DNA of 64,000 nucleotides from Hemiscyllium ocellatum (GCF_020745735.1 NC_083408.1:33758484-33822483), one strand, 5' to 3'; shown: positions 1 to 14,017, counted from the first letter of the stretch. Translations and numbers: made by a program. The notes: generated from the sequence alone by a model not told the origin.

Positions 1-475
1 TCTCTGGTTTATTCATTTAAGTGCCACACTTATAGCAACTGCTGATGAAAATTTACTTGACTTTCTTCGGGATTAAGATATTTATTTTTTATGGCAGAGA
101 ATAGAGACAGCTCCTGCCCTTGCGGGGAATCAATGGTTTCTCTCAAACATTCACACCCACAAGCCGTTCAGCTTCTTGGGACCCAATCACATTGCTGTTG
201 GCATGTGGAAGGTGTTTGTCATTGGTCCATGGAGTGGTGATCAATTGTCAATCAGCTACTTGTTGGCGGACAAAGCTTCATTTGTCCACAACCCTTGGCT
301 TCAGCTCGACTGCAAACCACTGCTGGAACAAACAGCTATATGAACAGTACTTACAACGAGGTTGTGTTATTTGCTTCAATATCCTTAGCCAAAAGTCCTA
401 CTGATTAAGCTGCTCAGATCCTAAAGTTGCTTGACTGTTTCGGCAGCAGGTGGTGAGGGAACCAACAAGAGCAAA

Positions 476-2686
476 AAACATACTTGACCTTCCTTATCAA
501 TCTGCCAGCTGCAGATGCATCTGTCCATGACCATATCAGTGAGAGTGACCACCGCACAGTCCTTGTGGAGATGAAGTCCCACCTTCATAGTGAGAATACC
601 CTCGTGTGTCGTTATCACCATGCTAAATCAGACAGACTTTAAACAAATCTACCAACTCAAGAGTGGGCATCCATGAGGTGCTGCGGGCCGTTAGCAGCAG
701 CAGAGTTGTACTCCAGCGTAATCAGCAATCTCATGGTTCTGCCACTCAACCATTACCATTAAGCCAGGGGGATCAAACCTGCTTCAACTGAGAGTGGAGG
801 AGAACATGCCAGGAGCAGCACCAGGCATACCTGGTGAAGGTACCGACTTCATGCCAAACAACATAAGCAGCAAGTGATAGACAGAGGTAAGCAATCCCAC
901 AACCAACAGATTAGACGTATACTCTGCAGTCCTGCCACCTGTTATGAATGATGGCAGACAATTAAACAACTCACTGGGGGAGGAAGCTCCACAAATAACC
1001 CTATATCACTGACGGAGAACCCAACACCTCAGTGCAAAAGATAAGGTGGAAGTACTTGCAACAATCTTAATCATAAGTACCGAGTGGATGATCCATCTTG
1101 GACTCAGCCAGGGGTCTGCAGCATCACAGATACCAATCTTCAGCCAACCTGATTCACTCCACGTGATACCCAGTAATGGCTGGAGACACTGGGTACCACA
1201 AAGGCTCACTCAACATCCTAGCAATAGTACTGAAGACTTGTGCTCTGGAAATTGCCACTCCCATAGCAAAGCTTTTCCAGTACAGTTACAACACTGGCAT
1301 CTATCCAACAATATGGAAAATTGCCCGGGTATGTCCTTTACACTCAAAGCAGGACAAATCTAGCCTCCCCAATTACCACCCTATCAGTCTACTCTCACAC
1401 ATCAGTAAAGGGATGGAAGGTGTCATCAACAGTGCTACCATGCAGCACCTGCTCAGCAATAACCTGCTCAGTGACTCCCAGCTTTGAGAAAAGAGCAGAA
1501 TGTGCCGTGACAGTAACAATGTCTGACATAAAGGCTGTGTTTGTGGTACCAGGGAGCCTGAGCAAAACTGAAGATCGTGGGAATCAGAAAAAACTCTCCA
1601 ATGGTTAGAGTCATTCCTGACACATTGGAAGATGGTTGTGGTTGTTTGAGGTCAATCATCTCAGCTGACCTCAAACAACCTGCAGGATAACTCTGCAGGA
1701 GTCCCTCAGGATAGTGCCCGAGACCCAACCATCTTCTGCTGCTTCATCAACGACTTTCCCTTCACCATCAGGTTTAAAGTGGGGTTGAGCACCGATGACT
1801 GCATAATGTGCAGCACTGTCCACAACTCCTTAGATACTGAAACAGTCCACATCCAAATACAACAACACCTGGACAATATCCAGGTTTGGACTGATAAGTG
1901 GCAAGTACCATTTGCACCACACTAATGCTAGGCAATAACCATCTCTAATAAAAGGCAATCTAACAACCATCCCTTGACCTCCAATACTGTTACCAACACT
2001 GAATCCTCAACTGTCAACATCCTCGGAATTACCATTGACCAGAAACCAGATGGGCCATATAAATACAGCGGCTACAAGAACAGGTTGGAGGCTAGGAATA
2101 TAGCAGCGAATAACTCACGTCCTGACTTCATAAAAACCTGTCCATCATCTACAAGGCATAAGTCAGGAATGTGATGGAATGGTCTGCACTTGCCTGGATG
2201 GGTGCAGCTCCACGAACACCCAAGAAGCTTGACACCATCCAGGACAAAGCAGTCTGCTTGTTTGGAGCCACAGCTGCAAACATCCATTCTCTCCACCACT
2301 GATGCTCAGTAGCAGCAGTATACTGTATACACCATCTCAAGATGCACTGCAGAACTTCACCAAAGATCCTTAGACAACATCTACCAAACCCATGACCACT
2401 TCCAGCTAGAAGAACAAGGGCGGCACTTACGTGGGAACGCCACCATCTGCGATTCCCCTCAAAGCTGCTCACCATCCTGACTATCCCCATTCCTTCAAAA
2501 TCACTGGGTCAAACTCCTAGAATTCCCTTCCCAATGGCATTGTGGGCCAACCTACAGCACATGGGCTGCAGTTGCAGCTGATCAAGAAAGCAGTTCACTA
2601 ATATCTTCCCAGGAACAACTCGGTATGGGGTTATAAATACTGGCTCAGCTAGTGAGACTCACATCCTACACTGAATACATTTTTAA
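476..2686 (+). mobile_element. Degenerate non-LTR retrotransposon, second LINE family (CR1/Jockey superclade, clade uncertain)
   Basis: RT motifs PIAKLFQYSYNTGIYPTIWKIARVCPLHSKQDKS..NYHPISLLS, and a 3' end ATAAATACTGGC..CACATCC..GAATA shared with other copies. Confidence 0.85.
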
Positions 2687-2988
2687 AAACTGGGGCATTT
2701 GGTACAGTCTTCCACCCAATACTGATTCTACAGCAGAATCACTGTAACAAATCATACAGCCATTATCACATTGCTAAATGTGCACGCTTGCTGTGCATAA
2801 ACTGATGGCTGTGTTCTCCAACATTACAACACTTCAGAAGTAATATGTTGGCTATGGATATTCCTTAAACCACTGAATAAAGGAAGGTTCTTTCCTTGAT
2901 TACATCACATAAGAAGGAAGCAGTCAGAAAAATGTCATTTTCCAAATTAACACTACTTCTGGATTTAAATGGTTCCGAAATCACTTAC

Positions 2989-3082
2989 CTGAGTGACCAG
3001 CCAATTGAATCCATGAATATCGTTTCTTGAACGGGAAGGATGAGACGTGGACTATTGATTTTGCCTTCTTCCAGGATTTGTT
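2989..3082 (-). CDS. ITPKA: ITPKA-like second coding exon (calmodulin-binding helix and start of the kinase domain)
   Basis: Acceptor TTTTTTTAACAG| and donor G|GTAAGT enclose 94 nt translating [31 protein letters not shown](G), equivalent to ITPKA HWQKIRTMVNLPVISPFKKRYAWVQLAGHTG. Its phase 0 start fits exon 1. Not in the ORF track. Confidence 0.92.
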
Positions 3083-4109
3083 CTGTTAAAAAAAACATGA
3101 TGGGAGAAATTAAGATCTCTCCTTTGTCAGACTTCTCGAGTTTCAATTAAAGCACTGTTCACACAGACACCTTGCCAGGTTGGATTGCATGCAGGGCTGC
3201 CTGAACAAGAGGACCAAAATAAAGGTGAGGAAGCACTGGGACAGACAGACAATGGGAAACATTCAGTCTCCAGTTACAATGCCCTTTCATTCACCACAAC
3301 AGAATGTAAACAGAAGATTCACCAGATTGTTTCCTGGGATGAAAGAACTGTTTTATGCACCGAGATTGAGCAGGTTAGACAAATACTCATTGGTGTTTAA
3401 AAGAATTAGAAGTGACATGATTAAAACACAGAAGATTTTGAGGGATTTGACAGGGTAGATGCTGAGAGGGTATTTTTCCCTTCAAATAAAACCTTTAAGT
3501 ATTGCAAAGTCACCATAGTCCAAGAAGACTGTTCTCTCAGTGGAGAGAGAGAGGTAATTTGTGGTGATTTAATCTGAGGAAGGCCAGGCATCCAGCAAGG
3601 GGCAAGGCTGAGATGGTAAGGCCTTCACAGAGACCTCAGCCAGTGCAGAAATTGAACCCACACTGTTGGCATCACTTCCCCCGCAAACCAGCCATCGAGC
3701 CAAATAAGCAAACATAATTTAAGAATGCGGGTCACCTGTTTGTAAGATGGCATGGACGCAGAATTTCTTCTCTCTTAATGGCATGAAACTTTACATTAGG
3801 AATGGTGGAAGCTGGGTCATTGAATATATTCAAGGCTGAGACAGGCTCTTGAATCAGTGATGCTCAGTGGGGAAATTCAAGTGGGAGTCAAACTCAGATA
3901 AATATGTAGTGGGGCATTGCATCAGAAAGAATTGGGAGGTCGCTTAATTACTTGGAGAATGCAAGTCTAGGTGAGGTAGAGTGACCCAGGGATCAGGGTA
4001 CACACACAACAATCACTAAATGTTGGGCTACTAAGGCTATGTATACAAACCAAGCACCACTTGTTGTACTGAAGGGATAGGATTGAAAAGTAAAGAGGTA
4101 ATGGGGGGA

Positions 4110-4503
4110 GATGGTGACACGGTGCTACTAAGACTGTCCTGGCAATCCAGGTGGACAGGTTCAAGCCCTGGAGATTTGGGTTCAAATCTCAATATGCTGG
4201 ATTTTAAATTCAATTTATAACATCTTGAATTACAAAGCAGTGCTCAGTGATAGCGACCATCAATTATTATTAAAATCATTGATTATTATTAAAAATCCAT
4301 CTGATTCATTATATCCTTTAGGGATGGAAATCTGCCATCCATACCTGGTCTGGCCAACATGTGACTCCAAAGCCGTATAAATGTGGTTGACTCTAAACTG
4401 CCCTCTTTGATGAACAAATAAATAATTAAGTTTCATGGCTGATTACAGATGGGCAGCAAATGCTGGCTTTGTCAGTGATATCCATAGCTCATGAAAGAAT
4501 AAA
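4110..4503 (+). mobile_element. tRNA-derived SINE sharing its 3' tail with the second LINE family
   Basis: B-box-like GGTTCAAATC; the 3' end GGCAGCAAATGCTGGC...ATGAAAGAATAAA matches the LINE tail. Related pieces at ~14255-14480, 24020-24345 and 30450-30840. Confidence 0.55.
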
Positions 4504-4549
4504 CTAAGGAAAGACCTCATGCAGAGTGTTATTTGCAATCCTGGTCAGC

Positions 4550-4880
4550 ATATTATATTATTATATATTATATTCCCGACAGTGTGGAAACAGGTCCTTC
4601 GGCCCAACCAGTCCACACCGACCCTCCAAAGAGAAACCCACCCAGACCCTTTACCCTCTTGACTAATGCACCTAACACTATGGGCAATTTAGCATGGCCA
4701 ATTCAGCTAACCTGCACATCTCTGGACTGTGGGAGGAAACCGGAGCACCTGGAGGAAACGCACACAGATACGGGGAGAACGTGCAACCCTACACAGACAG
4801 TTGCCCGAGGCTGGAATAGAATGTGGGACCCTGTTGCTGTGAGGCAGCAGTGCTAACCACTGAGCCACCATGCCACCCCT
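4550..4880 (-). mobile_element. HE1-type SINE
   Basis: Reverse complement shows A/B boxes, V domain and an AT-rich tail. Confidence 0.88.
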
Positions 4881-5029
4881 AGAAAAGAAATGGAGCTAGA
4901 GGTTATAGAGACAATTTTCAAGAATGATTCAGAGTGACTGAGTATAAATACTAGGAAAAATTTCTTTATTCTTGGGAAGGAGGGTGGGGGAAGAGAAGAG
5001 CTTGGGAAGTCACCTAATCGAGATTTAAA

Positions 5030-5388
5030 AGGCCCAGGTAGACAGAGGAACTGTTTCAGGGATACCCTGAAGGCCTTGCTGGTGAACTTCGGCACTCCCA
5101 CAACCCCTAGGAATCACTGGTCCAAGACTGTTCAAAGTAGAGGAGAAATACCATGAGGGTGTCGAGTACCTCATGACTTGCTGTCAGGAAAAAGCAGAAG
5201 CCAGACGAAAATTGGGCAAGGAGTGCGCTGTCATACCAACGCCCCATCCACCCCTTCCTGAGACCAGCTTCTTCCCCAAGTGTGAACAGCCTGCGGAAGT
5301 CGCACCAGTGTGTACAGCCACCTATGGACTCACCCTGAGAATGGAAGAGAGTCATCCTCATCTGTGAGAGACCGCCAATGATGAATAG
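5030..5388 (+). mobile_element. RTE-clade LINE 3' end
   Basis: Decayed QRNCFRDTLKALL...ESLVQD, a C-terminal CCHH-like remnant (SHLWTH) and an ATGATGA tail. Confidence 0.65.
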
Positions 5389-6904
5389 AGATTTTTAAAA
5401 TCATGTTAGCTTGGAGGTTTTGACAGTGTCATCCAGAGAGAATGTTTCCTCTTGTAGGGAAGAGTACTAATAGAGGCCATCAATATGAGATTGTCACCTC
5501 GAAATCCAGAAGGGAATTCAGAAGAAAATCAGAGTATAGTGACAATGTGGAACTCACCACCAGTGGGGGTGAAGAGTAGGAGTCCATTGGACAAACAGCA
5601 CTGAAATAGGCCATTCAACCCGACCAGTGTTTATACCTCACTTGAGCTTTCTCCTAGCCTTTCTCAACAAAATTGATCATTCGCCTTGTTCTCTCCCCCG
5701 CACACCTTGCCCAGCTCCCTCTGAAGTGAATTAATACTGTTCTCAATAACCGTTCCTTGTGGTCTTGAGTTCCACACTCTCCAAGGAAAGATACTTCCTC
5801 TCGGTTTGACTTCTTATGTCAATGGTATTATTGATGGCTTCCAGTTACTCATTCATAAAGCAGAAGTGGCTTCGCAAAGGCCATTTCATCCCAGTTCTTT
5901 CAGTTATGCAACCGCATTCAATACATGGGTTTGAGGAAAAACTGGACAGATGAGGGATAAGGAAGCAAAGGAGATTGTGATGGCATATATTGGTACAGGT
6001 CAACAATGATCCGACTGAATGGTGAGGGAGACTCAGGGTGGCACGTGGCCATCTGCTGTTACTTGCACTGAAGATGAGTCATATTTAAGTTGAAACGTTA
6101 CCTTTGTTTCTCTGCATGGAGGCTGCCAGAACTGCAGAGGCTTATACCAGCACTTTCTTTTTCTATAAAGGGGGCGTTGCTGAAACAATGTTGTGGGGTA
6201 GTAATCAAAAACCAAGCTTTTGTCTGAGATTCTAGTCTGCACTATTTGGAATCAAGACACCATTGTAACAAAATATATCACAGATAGGCATTTCAACGTG
6301 AATGTGCTCACTCTGTGTGAACAAGTGGTCCCATCTGTCACTTTAAGGGGCTATAATGCGAAGTATTGTTAAAAAATATATAGTGGGGGATGGGATGTTG
6401 ATCTTAAGGTTATGGTTGCCTTTAGTGATTCCCAATTTAAAAACTGAATATTGCATATTTACATCCAGCTGCATTAGCGGTTTTACAAGTTTAGTCAGAC
6501 ATTCAGGCAGTAGTTGCAGTACATGCTCCTGTACCACCCGAGGTTTGAACTGTCAGTTTGTTTTTTCTGCTACAACTTCCTCCAGACATTTTAAATGCAA
6601 ATGCTGCGGTAACTCTGCTGCTGAACGCCACAAATGTCACTCCATTCAAAACAGGAACTCGCTGCACGACTGTTTCAGAACTAAACAGAAAAGGTCATGT
6701 GAGTTTTAGTTGTGAAAGAGCCGGCTGACAAGGTGCACATGTGGCCCCAGAAAACTCTGTGTTCTCTCATGGGCAGCTGCGGGGGACCAACAATAGAGAA
6801 AATCTTGTTTTTGTCCCACTGTATGAGACAAGTAGCAGCAGCTCAGCCCTTGTCATTAATGAGCAGCACATGTCTAACTTAATCTACAGGAAGGAACTTC
6901 ATCA

Positions 6905-7155
6905 GTTACACACAAAACAATCTTAACATGCTGAATTAAATACTAACTTCACATAATTACATCCTAAACAATCCTTACCATGCTGAATAAATACTGACTT
7001 TACATAATTACACATAAATAATCCTTATCATGCTGAAAGAATATCAATGTTACCAACACACGCTAACACAATCTTTGCCACGATGAATAAATATTAACTG
7101 CACACAGTTCACAATATGTAGCCCTGAGAATGCTGAATAAACATCAGCTTTCTAC
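6905..7155. repeat. Degenerate ~50-bp minisatellite, about 5 units
   Basis: Recurrent ACAATC(C)TT..CATGCTGAATAAATACT.ACTT.ACATAATTACA, decaying to the right. Confidence 0.8.
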
Positions 7156-8219
7156 AGTAAGGTCTCAAAGTGGCATAGTAGACTCCTGATCTCATGTTCC
7201 TTATGCAGAATTGGATTACACAGGGTAGGGATATGCCACTTTTTGTCCTCATTAGCAGACAAATTAGGAGCAGGATTATACCATTTGGCCCTTCAAACAT
7301 TCAACAGGATCATGGTGCATCTGATGACTCCACATTGCTGATAACACTTCACCCACTTACTCTTCAAGAATCTGTACACCTCTGCTTTAAGAGTATTCAA
7401 GGAATCCGTTTCCTCTGTCTCTTGAGGAAGAGATTTGCAAAGTCTCAGACTGAAAAGCGTGTATGGGCAGGTATAAAAGCATTCAAATTTACTAAGAACT
7501 GTTGGTTTTAATCTGGATTCAGACTGGAGGTGATCACAATACCGATCATTCTGTTGTCCAGACATCTGGTGTCAGTGGTTTTCAGCATGGACTCAAGATT
7601 ACTTATCTATCTTAAATGGCTCACCTTTAATTTTAAACAGTGACCCTTACTTCCAAATTCTCCTACAACAGGAAAAATCTTTTCCACAAACTACACCAGA
7701 CAGGGCTATAATATGCCTTGTTAAGTCTTGTTAGGACCAGAAATAATTGGCCAGAGCTCTTGCTTGCCTTGTCAATGACCACTCATTGTCTAACCAGTCC
7801 ACGCTGACACAGTTTGCAGAGCAGGCATCAACAGTGATGCCCTCTGCAGCCGGTGAATGTTAACCACGTATCCCCATATGTCACAGACAAATTCTCTGAA
7901 GCTACCACCTGTGACCTAGCAGGGGGATGGAAAACGGTGAGAACGGCAGCAAGTTATGTTAGTTGTGAAGTAGCAGATGCCTTCCCCCTGCCACTCACCT
8001 AGCCTCCAGTCTGTATGTAACCACTACACTCAGGATAGCTGTGAGGCCACAATAACTCTGCCCTGCTTCCTGTGGAAACATTTTCCAGGTAGAGCAATTC
8101 ATCCCATTCTTATGGTTATCCGTGAGACAGCATGTCTTGCATACTTTGAGCACAAAACACTGGCGCCAAGGCAGGTGGGCAGAAACACTGCTACCTTTAA
8201 ATATTTCATCATTAGCTTT

Positions 8220-8640
8220 GGCTTTGCAAGCAAATTCCCTCCATGCTATCTTGCAAAGCTGTTCACGTGATGTGAATGAAGCTACTGCTATTGCCTGTCG
8301 CCCTTGGAAGGTGGTGGAGAGCTGTCTCCTTGAGTCGTAGCAGTACAACCTCAGTGATGTTTGCAAGGAAAGATTTTGACCCAGTGACCATGAAGGAACA
8401 GCAATATACTTCCAAGTCAAAGTTGGAGGGGACGTCGCAGTTATCCCATGTCTCTGCTGCCCTTGTCCCCACCAGTGGCACAGATGCAAAGAAACTTGGT
8501 TGAGTGCACACTACTTCTGGTGTGAGTGAATTAGATGCCTATCAAGCAGGGTGCTTTGTCTTGAACGGTGTCAAGCTTCTTGAGTGTTGTTGGAACGGCG
8601 AGTGGAGAATAATCCGTCACGCTCCTAACTTGTGCTCTCC
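8220..8640 (-). mobile_element. 3' fragment of the second LINE family
   Basis: Reverse complement resembles 2160-2660. Further fragments at ~26880-27270 (-) and ~60440-60850 (+). Confidence 0.65.
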
Positions 8641-9044
8641 ACAATCTTGTGGAAGATCCACATTGCCACTACTGATTGTGATAGGAGGGAATGTATAAAA
8701 TGAAGGATAGGTGTCTTTCTTGTTGAATAATGTGCAAAAACTTTCTATATGATATTACACAGAATGCACAGAACAGTAATATTCAGCCCGACAAGACTGT
8801 GCTGGTGTATATGTTTCACTGACACTCTTCCATCTAATATCATTTAACCATCTTTGCTTATGTCTGCTTCAAGCTGTGATGAGAGATGAAGGTGAATGTA
8901 CCTATGTTCACTTTTAAAGAACGAGGGATGATCTCAATCAAATGTAAATAATTTTTCAAGGGCTTGACAAGATATATGATCAATGTAGTGTCCCAGACCC
9001 AACCATCTTCAGCTGCTTCATCAATGAACTTGCCCCGTTTCAAA

Positions 9045-12000
9045 CAACATAGTATTTTGGAAAATGTAGGGGGTGTTGGATTCTCAGGGGAATTTAGCAA
9101 GAACAGCCAAGGCAGTATCAAGACAGGCTCTAATGCAATGAGGGGTATGTCGGGTTCCAAGAGGTCAATTGTGTTAGGGGACTCTCTCGTTCGAGGCACA
9201 GACAGTCGTTTCTGTGGCCAGCGGTGAAAGATCAGAATGGTGTGTTGCTTCCCTGGTGCCAGGGTCAAGGATGTCTCAGAGAGGGTGCAGAATGTTTTCA
9301 TGGGGGAGAGGGCCAGCAGGAGGTCATTGTACCCATTGGAACCAACAACATAGGAAGGGAAAAGGATGAGATTTTTGAACGGGAAATAGAGAGAGTTAGG
9401 CAGGAATATAATAAGGAGATCCTTGAGAGTAGTAATATCTGGATTACTCCCGGTGCTGCATGCTAGTGAGGGTAGGAATAGAAGGATACAGCAGATGAAT
9501 GCATGGTTAAGGAGCTAGTATACCGGAGAAAGATTCACATTTTTGGATCAATGGAATCTCTTCTGGGGAAGAAGTGACCTGTACAAGAAGGATGGATTGC
9601 ACCTGAATTGGAAGGGCACTATTATACTGGCAGGGAGATTTGCTAGAGCTGCTCAGGATGATTTAAACTAGTCAGGAGTGTGTGTGTGTGTGTGTGTGTG
9701 TGTGTCACGCGTGGGAATACCAGGGAGATAGTGAGGAAAGACATCAATCTGAGACTGGTATAGTTGAGAAAAGAAGTGAGTCAAACAGTCAGGGCAGGCA
9801 GGGAAAAAGCAGAGAACAAGATAGGACGGATAAATTAAACTGCATTTATTTCAATGCAAGAAGCCTAACAGGGAAGGCAGATGAACTCAGGGCATGGTTA
9901 GGAACATGGGAATGGGACATCATCGCAATTACAGAAACGTGGCTCAGGGATGGACAGGACTGGCGGCTTAACGTTCCAGGATACAAATGCTACAGGAAGG
10001 ATAGAAAGGGAGGCAAGACTGGAGGGGGACTGGCATTTTTGATAAGGAATAGCATTACAGTTGTGCTGAGGGAGGATATTCCTGGAAATACATCTGGGAA
10101 GGTTATTTGGGTGGAACTGAGAAATAAGAAAGGGATAATCACTTTACTGGGATTTATTACAGACCCCCTATAGTCAGACAGAAATTGAGAAACAGATTTG
10201 TGAGGAGATCTGACTTATCTTTAGGAATAATAGGGTGGTTATGGTAGGGGATTTTAACTTTCCAAATATAGACTGGGACTGCCATAATGTAGAAGAAAAT
10301 TATCTGATTCAATAAGTGGATGTACCGACTAGAGAAGGTGCAAAACCTGACCTACCCTTGGGAAATAAGGCAGGGCAGGTGACTGAGGTGTCAGTGGGGG
10401 AGCACTTTGGGGCCAGTGACTATAATTCTATTAGTTTTAAAATAATGATGGAAGAGGATAGACCAGATCTAAAAGTTGAAGTTCTAAATTGGAGGAAGGC
10501 TAATTTTGACGGTATTAGGCAAGAACTTTCAAAACTGACTGGGGCAGATGTTCGCACGTAAAGGGACGGCTGGAAAATGGGAAGCCTTCAGGAATGAGAT
10601 AATAGAGCTGAGAAATAGTATATTCATGTTAGGCTGAAAGGCTGCTAGGTATAGGGAATGCTGAATGACTGAAGAAATTGAGGGTTTGGTTAAGAAAAAG
10701 AAGGAAGCATATGTCAGCTATGTCAGGTATAGACAGGGTTTTGAGTGAATCCTTAGAAGAGTGTAAAGGCAGTAGAAGTATACTTGAGAGGGAAATCAGG
10801 AGGGCAAAAAGGGGACATGAGATAGCTTTGGCAAATAAGGTTAAGGAGAATCCAAAGGGTTTTTACAAATACATTAAGGAAAAATAGGGAAACTAGGAAG
10901 TGAATATGGCCCTAATGATCAGCAAGGCGGCCTTTGTGTGGAGCCGCAAGAGATGGGGGAAATGCTAGACGAGAATGCAGAATGCAGCACCTCGCATTTA
11001 TCTGAATTAAACTCCATCTGCCACTCCTCAGCCCATTGGCCTATCTGGTCAAGAGCAGTGTTTACTGTGGAGAAGGACATGGAAGATATAGAAAGTGGGC
11101 AAATAGATGACACCTTGAAAAATGTCCATATTAAAGAGGAGGTAGTGCTGGATGTCTTGAAATGCATAAACGTGGATAAATCCTCAGGACCTGATCAGGT
11201 GTACCCGAGAACTCTGTGGGAATCTGGCAAGTGATTGCTGGGCCTCTTGCTGAGATACTTGTATCATTGATCGTCGAGGTGAGGTGCCGGAAGACTGGAG
11301 GTTGGCAAACGTGGTGCCACTATTTTAAAAAGGTGGTAAGGACAAGCCAGGGAACTATAGACTGGTGAGCCTGACCTCATTGGTGGGCAAGGTGTTGGAG
11401 GGAATCCTGAGGGACAGGATGTACATGTATTTGGAAAGGCAAGGACTGATTAGGGATAGTCAACATGGCTTTGTGCATGGGAAATCATGTCTCACAAACT
11501 TGATTGAGTTTTTTGAAGAAGTAACAAAGAAGATTGATGAGGGCAGAGCAGTAGATGTAATCTCTATTGACTTCAGTAAGGCGTTCGACAAGATTCCCCA
11601 TGGGAGACTGATTAGCAAAGTTAGATCTTATGGATTACAGGGAGAACTAGCCTTTTGGATACAGAACTGGTTCAAAGGTAGAAGACAGAGGATGGTGGTG
11701 GAGGGTTGTTTTTCAGACTGGAGGCCTGTGACCAGTGGAGTGTCATAAGGATCGGTGCTGGGTCCACTACTTTTCGTCATAAATGGCTTGAATGTGAGCA
11801 TAACAGGTACAGTTAGTAAGTTTGCAGATGACACCAAAATTGGAGGTGTAATGCACAGCGAAGAAGATTACCTCAGACTACAATGGGATCTTGACCAGAT
11901 GGGCCAATGGGCTGAGGAGTGGCAGATGGAGTTTAATTCAGATAAATGCGAGGTGCTGCATTCTGGGAAAACAAGTCTTAGCAGGACTTATACACTTAAT

Positions 12001-12743
12001 GGTAAAGTCCTAGGGAGTGTTGCTGAACAAAGAGACCTTGGAATGCAGGCTCATAGCTCCTTGAAAGAGGAGTCACAGGTAGATAGGATAATGAAGAAGG
12101 CGTTTGGTATGCTTTTCTTTATTGGTCAGAGTATTGAGTACAGAAGTTGGGAGGTCATGTTGCAGCTGTATAGGACATTGGTGAGGCCACTTTTGGAATA
12201 TCGCATGCAATTCTGGTCTCCTTCCTATCGGAAAGATGTTGTGAAACTTGAAATGGTTCAGAAAAGATTTACAAGGATGTTGCAAGGGTTGGAGGATTTG
12301 AGCTAAAGGGAGAGGCTGAACAGGCTGGGGCTGTTTTCCCTGGAGCACGGAGGCTGAGGGGCAACCTTGTAGATGTTTATAAAATCATGAGAGGGAGGGA
12401 TAGGATAAATAAGAAAAGTCTCTTCCCTGGGATGGGGGAATCCAGAACTAGAAGGCATAGGTTTAGGGTCAGAGGGGCAAGATATAAAAGAGACTTAAGA
12501 GGCAACTTTTTCACTCAGAGGGTGGTACATGTATGGAATGAGCTGCCAGAGGAGGTGGTGGAGGTTGGTACAATTGCAACATTTAAGAGGTATTTGGATG
12601 GGTATATGAATAGGAAGGGTTTGGAGGGATATGGGCCAGGTGCTGGCAGGTGGGACTAGATTGGGTTGAGATATCTGGTCGGCATGGACGGGTTGGACCT
12701 AAGGGTCTGCTTCGGTGCTGTACATCTCTATGACTCTATGACT
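9045..12743 (+). mobile_element. Near-full-length degenerate CR1 (HER1-type) LINE
   Basis: ORF1 SGNH/GDSL esterase remnant (IVLGDSLVRG, GTNNIG), APE (YFNARSL, IAITETWL), RT (QHGF, DFSKAFDK, FADDTK) and a (CTATGACT)n tail. Multiple stops. Interrupts an older LINE (8985-9040 / 12744-13620). Confidence 0.93.
9678..9705. repeat. (GT)n microsatellite inside CR1
   Basis: Perfect dinucleotide run. Confidence 0.9.
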
Positions 12744-13625
12744 AAGTGTGATTGCACAACATTCAGCACCACTCTTGACTCCTCAGACACTACAGCAGTC
12801 CACATCCAAATGCAACAAGATCTGGACAATATCCAGGCTTGAGCTGACGAGTGGCAAGTAATGTTTGCCTCATACAAATGCCAGGCCATAGCCGTCACCA
12901 ATAAGAGACAATCTAATCACCACCCCTTAGCATTCAATAGTGTTGACCATGCCCCACTGTCAACATCCTGGGAAGTTATCATTGATCAGAAACTCAACTG
13001 GACTCACCACATAAATGCAGTGGCTACAAGAGCAGGTCAGAGGCTAGGAATACTAGAGTAACTCACCTCCTGATTCCTAAAACCATCTCCATCATCTACA
13101 GGGCACAAATCAGGAGAGTGATGGAATAATCTTCACTTGTCTGGATGGGTGCAGCCCCAACAACACTCAAAAAGAGTGACATCATCCAGTACAAAGCAGC
13201 CTGCTTGATTAGCACTATATCCACAAGTATACACTCCCTCCACCACTGGCACTCACTAGCAGCAGTATGTACTATCTACAAGATGTGCTGTAGAAATTCA
13301 CCAAAGCTCCTCAGATCGCACCTTCCAAACCCATGACCACTTTCATGTAGGACGAGGGGAGCAGATACATGGTAACACTACCACCTTCAAGTTTCCCTCC
13401 AAGCCACTCACCATCCTGACTTGGAAATATATCATCATGTCTGCAGTGTCATTGGGTAAAAATCCTGGAATTCCCTCCCTCATGGTGTTGTGAGCTTACC
13501 TACAACAGATGGACTGCAGCGGTTCAAGAAAGCAGCTCACCACTACCTTCTCAAGGGCAACTAGGAACGGGCAATAAACGCTGGCCCAGCCAATGACATC
13601 TACATCCCACAAAAATGAGCAAATG
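12744..13625 (+). mobile_element. 3' part of the second LINE family (5' stub at 8985-9040)
   Basis: Collinear with 1790-2680 and split by the CR1 insertion. Confidence 0.8.
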
Positions 13626-13852
13626 AAAAGAAATCCACTTCTCCTCGGTGGGGAAAGAATCGCTTCTCCACATTAAGAGGTCTCTTGTTTCGGACTGAAC
13701 TGAGAATCTCGGCTACTTGCAATCTCCAAAGGTTAAGGAAACTCAATCTGGAGGTAGACTCAAAACTGAGTGGGCGGCAGGGAATTCCCCAGGCTCACCA
13801 CTCTCTGGGTGAAGACATTTCTCCTCATCTCAGTCCTACATGGCCAACCCAT

Positions 13853-14017
13853 GGGCGGCACTGCTGCCTCACAGGGCCAGAGACCCGGGTTCAATTCCCG
13901 CCTCAGGCGGCTGACTGTGTGGAGTTTGCACGTTCTCCCCCTGGGTTGCGCTTCAGTGGGTCGGTGTGGACTTGTTGGGCCGAAGGGCCTGTTTCCACAC
14001 TGTAAATAATCTAATCG
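13853..14017 (+). mobile_element. Internally deleted HE1-type SINE
   Basis: A box removed between GCAC microhomologies and V domain deleted; the 3' end is intact. Confidence 0.8.

Noticed and set aside
1-475. ITPKA exon 3
   Set aside because: No G(S/N)FKAA...ILK-like frame or matching splice sites on the minus strand. It presumably lies outside the window.
6445-6475. Mini first exon ATG-CAG-CTG-GAT|GTAAAT (minus strand), in phase with exon 2
   Set aside because: Weak donor and easily a chance match; not supportable without transcripts.
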